The notes beneath the pieces were generated by a model. It saw only the letters and a program-made list of their open reading frames with translations, had not been told where the DNA came from and did no database searches. Shown here piece by piece: positions 55,601-64,000 of a DNA stretch of 64,000 nt. This stretch comes from the human T2T-CHM13v2.0 reference genome, Homo sapiens. Position 1 is the first letter of the stretch, and each line of letters begins with the position of its first letter. The DNA is taken from assembly GCF_009914755.1 (NCBI RefSeq), contig NC_060929.1; one strand, written 5' to 3'. The position numbers and the translations under genes are program-made.

Positions 55601-57544
55601 AACACTCTGTTTGTAAAGTCTCCAAGTGGATATTCAGACCACTTTGAGGCCTTCGTTGGAAACGGGATTTCTTCATACTGTGCTAGACAGAAGAATTCTC
55701 AGTAACTTCCTTGTGTTGTGTGTATTCAACTCACAGAGTTGAACGATCCTTTACACAGAGCAGACTTGAAACGCTCTTTTTGTGGAATTTGCAAGTGGAG
55801 ATTTCAGCCCCGTTGAGGTCAATCGTAGAAAAGGAAATATCTTCGTATAAAAACTAGACAGAATGATTCTCAGAAACTCCTTTGTGATGTGTGTGTTCAA
55901 CTCACAGAGTTTAACATTTCTTTTCATAGAGCAGTTAGGAAACACTCTGTTTGTAAAGTCTGCAAGTGGATATTCAGACCTCTTTGAGGCCTTCGTTGGA
56001 AACGGGTTTTTTTCATATAAGGCTAGACAGAAGAATTCCCAGTAACTTCCTTGTGTTGTGTGTGTTCAACTCACAGAGTTGAACTTTCATTTACACAGAG
56101 CAGATTTGAAACACTCTTTTTGTGGAATTTGCAAATGGAGATTTCAAGCGCTTTGAGGCCAAAGGCAGAAAAGGAAATATCTTCGTATAAAAACTAGACA
56201 GAATCATTCTCAGAAACTGCTCTGCGATGTGTGCGTTCAACTCTCAGAGTTTAACTTTGCTTTTCATTCAGCAGTTTGGAAACACTCTGTTTGTAAAGTC
56301 TGCACGTGGATAATTTGACCACTTAGAGGCCTTCGTTGGAAACGGGTTTTTTTCATGTAAGGCTAGACAGAAGAATTCTCAGTAACTTCCTTGTGTTGTG
56401 TGTATTCAACTCACACAGTTGAACGATCCTTTACACAGAGCAGACTTGTAACACTCTTTTTGTGGAATTTGCAAGTGGAGATTTCAGCCGCTTTGAAGTC
56501 AAAGGTAGAAAAGGAAATATCTTCCTATAAAAACTAGACAGAATGATTCTCAGAAACTCCTTTGTGATGTGTGCGTTCAACTCACAGAGTTTAACCTTTC
56601 TTTTCATAGAGCAGTTAGGAAACACTCTGTTTGTAAAGTCTCCAAGTGGATATTCAGACCTCTTTGAGGCCTTCGTTGGAAACGGGTTTTTTTCATATAA
56701 GGCTAGACAGAAGAATTCCCAGTAACTTCCTTGTGTTGTGTGTGTTCAACTCACAGAGTTGAACTTTGATTTACACAGAGCAGATTTGAAACACTCTTTT
56801 TGTGGAATTTGCAAGTGGAGATTTCAAGCGCTTTGAGGCCAAAGGCAGAAAAGGAAATATCTTCGTATAAAAACTAGACAGAATCATTCTCAGAAACTGC
56901 TCTGCGATGTGTGCGTTCAACTCTCAGAGTTTAACTTTTCTTCTCATTCAGCAGTTTGGAAACACTCTGTTTGTAAAGTCTGCACGTGGATAATTTGACC
57001 ACTTAGAGGCCTTCGTTGGAAACGGGTTTTTTTCATGTAAGGCTAGACAGAAGAATTCTCAGTATCTTCCTTGTGTTGTGTGTATTCAACTCACACAGTT
57101 GAACGATCCTTTACACAGAGCAGACTTGTAACACTCTTTTTGTGGAATTTGCAAGTGGAGATTTCAGCCGCTTTGAAGTCAAAGGTAGAAAAGGAAATAT
57201 CTTCCTATAAAAACTAGACAGAATGATTCTCAGAAACTCCTTTGTGATGTGTGTGTTCAACTCACAGAGTTTAACCTTTCTTTTCATAGAGCAGTTAGGA
57301 ATCACTCTGTTTGTAAAGTCTGCAAGTGGATATTCAGACCTCTTTGAGGCCTTCGTTGGAAACGGGTTTTTTTCATATAAGGCTAGATAGAAGAATTCCC
57401 AGTAACTTCCTTGTGTTGTGTGTGTTCAACTCACAGAGTTGAACTTTCATTTACACAGAGCAGATTTGAAACACTCTTTTTGTGGAATTTGCAAATGGAG
57501 ATTTCAAGCGCTTTGAGGCCAAAGGCAGAAAAGGAAATATCTTT
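32391..57544 (+). repeat. 25,154-bp tandem duplication, copy 2 (identity at this offset continues to ~58050)
   Basis: Paired variants include gagccg ~8345/33499, gcagg 11980/37134, cagtagaac 18690/43844, agagtcc 23699/48853, ttctact 29555/54709 and agatag 32234/57388. Confidence 0.92.
34671..55065 (+). repeat. Second copy of the HOR series 28-24-24-16-16-12
   Basis: C landmarks at 34671, 39430, 43510, 47590, 50309 and 53027, each equal to the first-copy landmark +25154. Confidence 0.92.
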
Positions 57545-58464
57545 GTATAAAAACTAGACAGAATCATTCTCAGAAACTGCTCTGCGATGTGTGCGTTCAA
57601 CTCTCAGAGTTTAACTTTGCTTTTCATTCAGCAGTTTGGAAACACTCTGTTTGTAAAGTCTGCACGTGGATAATTTGACCACTTAGAGGCCTTCGTTGGA
57701 AACGGGTTTTTTTCATGTAAGGCTAGACAGAAGAATTCTCAGTAACTTCCTTGTGTTGTGTGTATTCAACTCACACAGTTGAACGATCCTTTACACAGAG
57801 CAGACTTGTAACACTCTTTTTGTGGAATTTGCAAGTGGAGATTTCAGCCGCTTTGAAGTCAAAGGTAGAAAAGGAAATATCTTCCTATAAAAACTAGACA
57901 GAATGATTCTCAGAAACTCCTTTGTGATGTGTGCGTTCAACTCACAGAGTTTAACCTTTCTTTTCATAGAGCAGTTAGGAAACACTCTGTTTGTAAAGTC
58001 TCCAAGTGGATATTCAGACCTCTTTGAGGCCTTCGTTGGAAACGGGTTTTATTCATATAAGGCTAGACAGAAGAATTCCCAGTAACTTCCTTGTGTTGTG
58101 TGTGTTCAACTCACAGAGTTGAACTTTGATTTACACAGAGCAGATTTGAAACACTCTTTTTGTGGAATTTGCAAGTGGAAATTTCAAGCGCTTTGAGGCC
58201 AAAGGCAGAAAAGGAAATATCTTCGTATAAAAACTAGACAGAATCATTCTCAGAAACTGCTCTGCGATGTGTGCGTTCAACTCTCAGAGTTTAACTTTTC
58301 TTTTCATTCAGCAGTTTGGAAACACTCTGTTTGTAAAGTCTGCACGTGGATATTTTGACCACTTAGAGGCCTTCGTTGGAAACGGGTTTTTTTCCTGTAA
58401 GGCTAGACAGAAGAATTCCCAGTAACTTCCTTGTGTTGTGTACATTCAACTCACAGAGTTGAAC
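55066..58464 (+). repeat. 20-monomer HOR variant, 3399 bp
   Basis: C landmarks at 55066 and 58465. Confidence 0.88.
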
Positions 58465-60503
58465 GTTCCCTTAGACAGAGCAGATTTGAAACACTCTTTT
58501 TGTGCAATTGGCAAGTGGAGATTTCAAGCGCTTTAAGGTCAACGGCAGAAAAGGAAATATCTTCGTTTCAAAACTAGACAGAATCATTCCCACAAACTGC
58601 GTTGTGATGTGTTCGTTCATCTCACAGAGTTTAACCTTTCTTTTCATAGAGCAGTTAGGAAACAGTCTGTTTGTAAATTCTGTAAGTGGATATTCTGACA
58701 TCTTGTGGCCTTCGTTGGAAACGGGATTTCTTCATATTCTGCTAGACAGAAGAATTCTCAGAATCTTCCTTGTGTTGTGTGTATTCAACTCACACAGTTG
58801 AACGATTGTTTACACAGAGCAGATTTGAAACACTCTTTCTCTGGAATTTGCAAGTGGAGATTTCAGCCGCTTTGAGGTCCATGGTAGAAAAGGAAATATC
58901 TTCGTATAACAACTAGACAGAATGATTCTCAGAAACTTCTTTGTGATGTGTGCGTTCAACTCACAGAGTTTAACCTTTCTTTTCATGGAGCAGTTAGGAA
59001 ACACTCTGTTTGTAAACTCTGCAAGTGGATATTCAGACCTCTTTGAGGCCTTCGTTGGAAACGGGATTTCTTCATACTGTGCTAGACAGAAGAATTCTCA
59101 GTAACTTCCTTGTGTTGTGTGTATTCAACTCACAGAGTTGAACGATCCTTTACACAGAGCAGACTTGTAACACTCTTTTTGTGGAATTTGCAAGTGGAGA
59201 TTTCAGCCGCGTTGAGGTCAATGGTAGAAAAGGAAATATCTTCGTATAAAAACTAGACAGAATGATTCTCAGAAACTCCTTTGTGATGTGTGTGTTCAAC
59301 TCACAGAGTTTAACATTTCTTTTCATAGAGCAGTTAGGAAACACTCTGTTTGTAAAGTCTGCAAGTGGATATTCAGACCTCTTTGAGGCCTTCGTTGGAA
59401 ACGGGTTTTTTTCATATAAGGCTAGACAGAAGAATTCCCAGTAACTTCCTTGTGTTGTGTGTGTTCAACTCACAGAGTTGAACTTTCATTTACACAGAGC
59501 AGATTTGAAACACTCATTTTCTGGAATTTGCAAGTGGAGATTTCAAGCGCTTTGAGGCCAAAGGCAGAAAAGGAAATATCTTCGTATAAAAACTAGACAG
59601 AATCATTCTCAGAAACTGCTCTGCGATGTGTGCGTTCAACTCTCAGAGTTTAACTTTTCTTTTCATTCAGCAGTTTGGAAACACTCTGTTTGTAAAGTCT
59701 GCACGTGGATAATTTGACCACTTAGAGGCCTTCGTTGGAAACGGGTTTTTTTCATGTAAGGCTAGACAGAAGAATTCTCAGTAACTTCCTTGTGTTGTGT
59801 GTATTCAACTCACAGAGTTGAACGATCCTTTACACAGAGCAGACTTGTAACACTCTTTTTGTGGAATTTGCAAGTGGAGATTTCAGCCGCTTTGAAGTCA
59901 AAGGTAGAAAAGGAAATATCTTCCTATAAAAACTAGACAGAATGATTCTCAGAAACTCCTTTGTGATGTGTGCGTTCAACTCACAGAGTTTAACCTTTCT
60001 TTTCATAGAGTAGTTAGGAAACACTCTGCTTGTAAAGTCTGCAAGTGGATATTCAGCCCTCTTTGAGGCCTTCGTTGGAAACGGGTTTTTTTCATATAAG
60101 GCTAGACAGAAGAATTCCCAGTAACTTCTTTGTGTTGTGTGTGTTCAACTCACAGAGTTGAACTTTGATTTACACAGAGCAGATTTGAAACACTCTTTTT
60201 GTGGAATTTGCAAGTGGAGATTTCAAGCGCTTTGAGGCCAAAGGCAGAAAAGGAAATATCTTCGTATAAAAACTAGACAGAATCATTCTCAGAAACTGCT
60301 CTGCGATGTGTGCGTTCAACTCTCAGAGTTTAACTTTTCTTTTCATTCAGCAGTTTGGAAACACTCTGTTTTTAAAGTCTGCACGTGGATATTTTGACCA
60401 CTTAGACGCCTTCGTTGGAAACTGGTTTTTTTCCAGTAAGGCTAGACAGAAGAATTCCCAGTAACTTCCTTGTGTTGTGTACATTCAACTCACAGAGTTG
60501 AAC
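58465..60503 (+). repeat. 12-monomer HOR, 2039 bp
   Basis: C landmarks at 58465 and 60504. Confidence 0.9.
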
Positions 60504-62882
60504 GTTCCCTTAGACAGAGCAGATTTGAAACACTCTTTTTGTGCAATTGGCAAGTGGAGATTTCAAGCGCTTTGAGGTCAATGGCAGAAAAGGAAATATC
60601 TTCGTTTCAAAACTAGACAGAATCATTCCCACAAACTGCGTTGTGATGTGTTCGTTCATCTCACAGAGTTTAACCTTTCTTTTCGTAGAGCAGTTAGGAA
60701 ACAGTCTGTTTGTAAATTCTGTAAGTGGATATTCTGACATCTTGTGGCCTTCGTTGGAAACGGGATTTCTTCATATTCTGCTAGACAGAAGAATTCTCAG
60801 AATCTTCCTTGTGTTGTGTGTATTCAACTCACACAGTTGAACGATTGTTTACACAGAGCAGATTTGAAACACTCTTTTTGTGGAATTTGCAAGTGGAGAT
60901 TTCAGCCGCTTTGAGGTCAATGGTAGAAAAGGAAATATCTTCGTATAAAAACTAGACAGAATGATTCTCAGAAACTTCTTTGTGATGTGTGCGTTCAACT
61001 CACAGAGTTTAACCTTTCTTTTCATAGAGCAGTTAGGAAACACTCTGTTTGTAAACTCTGCAAGTGGATATTCAGACCTCTTTGAGGCCTTCGTTGGAAA
61101 CGGGATTTCTTCATACTGTGCTAGACAGAAGAATTCTCAGTAACTTCCTTGTGTTGTGTGTATTCAACTCACAGAGTTGAACGATCCTTTACACAGAGCA
61201 GACTTGAAACGCTCTTTTTGTGGAATTTGCAAGTGGAGATTTCAGCCGCGTTGAGGTCAATGGTAGAAAAGGAAATATCTTCGTATAAAAACTAGACAGA
61301 ATGATTCTCAGAAACTCCTTTGTGATGTGTGTGTTCAACTCACAGAGTTTAACATTTCTTTTCATAGAGCAGTTAGGAAACACTCTGTTTGTAAAGTCTG
61401 CAAGTGGATATTCAGACCTCTTTGAGGCCTTCGTTGGAAACGGGTTTTTTTCATATAAGGCTAGACAGAAGAATTCCCAGTAACTTCCTTGTGTTGTGTG
61501 TGTTCAACTCACAGAGTTGAACTTTCATTTACACAGAGCAGATTTGAAACACTCTTTTTCTGGAATTTGCAAGTGGAGATTTCAAGCGCTTTGAGGCCAA
61601 AGGCAGAAAAGGAAATATCTTCGTATAAAAACTAGACAGAATCATTCTCAGAAACTGCTCTGCGATGTGTGCGTTCAACTCTCAGAGTTTAACTTTTCTT
61701 TTCATTCAGCAGTTTGGAAACACTCTGTTTGTAAAGTCTGCACGTGGATAATTTGACCACTTAGAGGCCTTCGTTGGAAACGGGTTTTTTTCATGTAAGG
61801 CTAGACAGAAGAATTCTCAGTAACTTCCTTGTGTTGTGTGTATTCAACTCACACAGTTGAACGATCCTTTACACAGAGCAGACTTGTAACACTCTTTTTG
61901 TGGAATTTGCAAGTGGAGATTTCAGCCGCTTTGAAGTCAAAGGTAGAAAAGGAAATATCTTCCTATAAAAACTAGACAGAATGATTCTCAGAAACTCCTT
62001 TGTGATGTGTGCTTTCAACTCACAGAGTTTAACCTTTCTTTTCATAGAGCAGTTAGGAAACACTCTGTTTGTAAAGTCTGCAAGTGGATATTCAGACCTC
62101 TTTGAGGCCTTCGTTGGAAACGGGTTTTTTTCATATAAGGCTAGACAGAAGAATTCCCAGTAACTTCCTTGTGTTGTGTGTGTTCAACTCACAGAGTTGA
62201 ACTTTGATTTACACAGAGCAGATTTGAAACACTCTTTTTGTGGAATTTGCAAGTGGAGATTTCAAGCGCTTTGAGGCCAAAGGCAGAAAAGTAAATATCT
62301 TCGTATAAAAACTAGACAGAATCATTCTCAGAAACTGCTCTGTGATGTGTGCGTTCAACTCTCAGAGTTTAACTTTTCTTTTCATTCAGCAGTTTGGAAA
62401 CACTCTGTTTGTAAAGTCTGCACGTGGATAATTTGACCACTTAGAGGCCTTCGTTGGAAACGGGTTTTTTTCATGTAAGGCTAGACAGAAGAATTCTCAG
62501 TAACTTCCTTGTGTTGTGTGTATTCAACTCACACAGTTGAACGATCCTTTACACAGAGCAGACTTGTAACACTCTTTTTGTGGAATTTGCAAGTGGAGAT
62601 TTCAGCCGCTTTGAAGTCAAAGGTAGAAAAGGAAATATCTTCCTATAAAAACTAGACAGAATGATTCTCAGAAACTCCTTTGTGATGTGTGCGTTCAACT
62701 CACAGAGTTTAACCTTTCTTTTCATAGAGCAGTTAGGAAACACTCTGCTTGTAAAGTCTGCAAGTGGATATTCAGCCCTCTTTGAGGCCTTCGTTGGAAA
62801 CGGGTTTTTTTCATATAAGGCTAGACAGAAGAATTCCCAGTAACTTCCTTGTGTTGTGTACATTCAACTCACAGAGTTGAAC
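60504..62882 (+). repeat. 14-monomer HOR variant (C-D-E-B-A-B-A), lacking B', 2379 bp
   Basis: C landmarks at 60504 and 62883; an A dimer runs directly into C. Confidence 0.87.
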
Positions 62883-64000
62883 GTTCCCTTAGACAGAGCA
62901 GATTTGAAACACTCTTTTTGTGCAATTGGCAAGTGGAGATTTCAAGCGCTTTAAGGTCAATGGCAGAAAAGGAAATATCTTCGTTTCAAAACTAGACAGA
63001 ATCATTCCCACAAACTGCGTTGTGATGTGTTCGTTCAACTCACAGAGTTTAACCTTTCTTTTCATAGAGCAGTTAGGAAACAGTCTGTTTGAAAACTCTG
63101 TAAGTGGATATTCTGACATCTTGTGGCCTTCGTTGGAAACGGGATTTCTTCATATTCTGCTAGACAGAAGAATTCTCAGAATCTTCCTTGTGTTGTGTGT
63201 ATTCAACTCACACAGTTGAACGATCCTTTACACAGAGCAGATTTGAAACACTCATTTGGTGGAATTTGTAAGTGGAGGTTTCAGCCGCTTTGAGGTCCAT
63301 GGTAGAAAAGGAAATATCTTCGTATAACAACTAGACAGAATGATTCTCAGAAACTTCTTTGTGATGTGTGCGTTCAACTCACAGAGTTTAACCTTTCTTT
63401 TCATAGAGCAGTTAGGAAACACTCTGTTTGTAAACTCTGCAAGTGGATATTCAGACCTCTTTGAGGCCTTCGTTGGAAACGGGATTTCTTCATACTGTGC
63501 TAGACAGAAGAATTCTCAGTAACTTCCTTGTGTTGTGTGTATTCAACTCACAGAGTTGAACGATCCTTTACACAGAGCAGACTTGAAACACTCTTTTTGT
63601 GGAATTTGCAAGTGGAGATTTCAGCCGCGTTGAGGTCAATGGTAGAAAAGTAAATATCTTCGTATAAAAACTAGACAGAATGATTCTCAGAAACTCCTTT
63701 GTGATGTGTGTGTTCAACTCACAGACTTTAACCTTTCTTTTCATAGAGCAGTTAGGAATCACTCTGTTTGTAAAGTCTGCAAGTGGATATTCAGACCTCT
63801 TTGAGGCCTTCGTTGGAAACGGGTTTTTTCATATAAGGCTACACAGAAGAATTCCCAGTAACTTCCTTGTGTTGTGTGTGTTCAACTCACAGAGTTGAAC
63901 TTTGATTTACACAGAGCAGATTTGAAACACTCTTTTTGTGGAATTTGCAAGTGGAGATTTCAAGCGCTTTGAGGCCAAAGGCAGAAAAGGAAATATCTTC
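62883..64000 (+). repeat. Partial HOR (C-D-E-B...) of a more divergent haplotype
   Basis: Several substitutions in C, D and E that I did not see in upstream copies. Confidence 0.8.

Larger units (their letters stand above)
1..64000 (+). repeat. Alpha-satellite (alphoid) higher-order repeat array, SF1 dimeric type, most likely the D1Z7/D5Z2/D19Z3 (S1C1/5/19H1L) family
   Basis: Continuous ~171-bp monomers and a 340-bp dimer period. Alphoid motifs (cattctcagaaact, ttcaactcacagagttgaac, tttgaaacactcttt) recur throughout. GAATTC occurs every 340 bp (first at 290-295) and CENP-B boxes lie in alternate monomers. The family assignment is from recalled consensus, not from an alignment. Confidence 0.97.

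Noticed and set aside
8-63898. About 200 short ORFs (60-127 aa) on both strands, such as MILRNSF... and MFPNCSMKRK...
   Set aside because: They recur with the 340/680-bp satellite period, overlap on opposite strands, open and close with single SNPs, and resemble no protein family I recognise. They are spurious alphoid translations.
1-64000. CRISPR-like array of regularly spaced palindromic repeats
   Set aside because: The intervening sequences are themselves repeated rather than unique spacers, there are no cas genes, and the sequence is alpha satellite.
1-64000. Inversion, L1/Alu insertion or non-satellite island
   Set aside because: CENP-B boxes and EcoRI sites stay in the same orientation and 340-bp phase throughout; only 1-bp indels disturb the register.
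1-64000. Assignment to a specific chromosome (1 vs 5 vs 19) or to the kinetochore/CDR site
   Set aside because: These chromosomes share the HOR family, so alignment to T2T assemblies is needed. CENP-A position and methylation cannot be read from sequence.

Overview
The whole 64-kb window is primate, almost certainly human, centromeric alpha-satellite DNA in a single orientation, with no genes, transposons or unique sequence visible. It is made of ~171-bp monomers paired into ~340-bp dimers (about 188). Each dimer carries one EcoRI site and one CENP-B box, which is the suprachromosomal family 1 (J1/J2) architecture, most similar to the live D1Z7/D5Z2/D19Z3 (S1C1/5/19H1L) array. Five dimer classes are distinguishable (my labels A-E, plus B', a B variant that precedes C). 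They form a basic 12-monomer HOR of 2039 bp (C-D-E-B-A-B') and length variants of 14, 16, 20, 24 and 28 monomers. The main higher-level structure is an apparently near-perfect 25,154-bp (148-monomer) tandem duplication (~7237-32390 / 32391-57544), which itself contains older 4.08-kb and 2.72-kb duplications. All listed ORFs are by-products of the repeat. I found no new protein-coding system; what is of interest is the record of array evolution.
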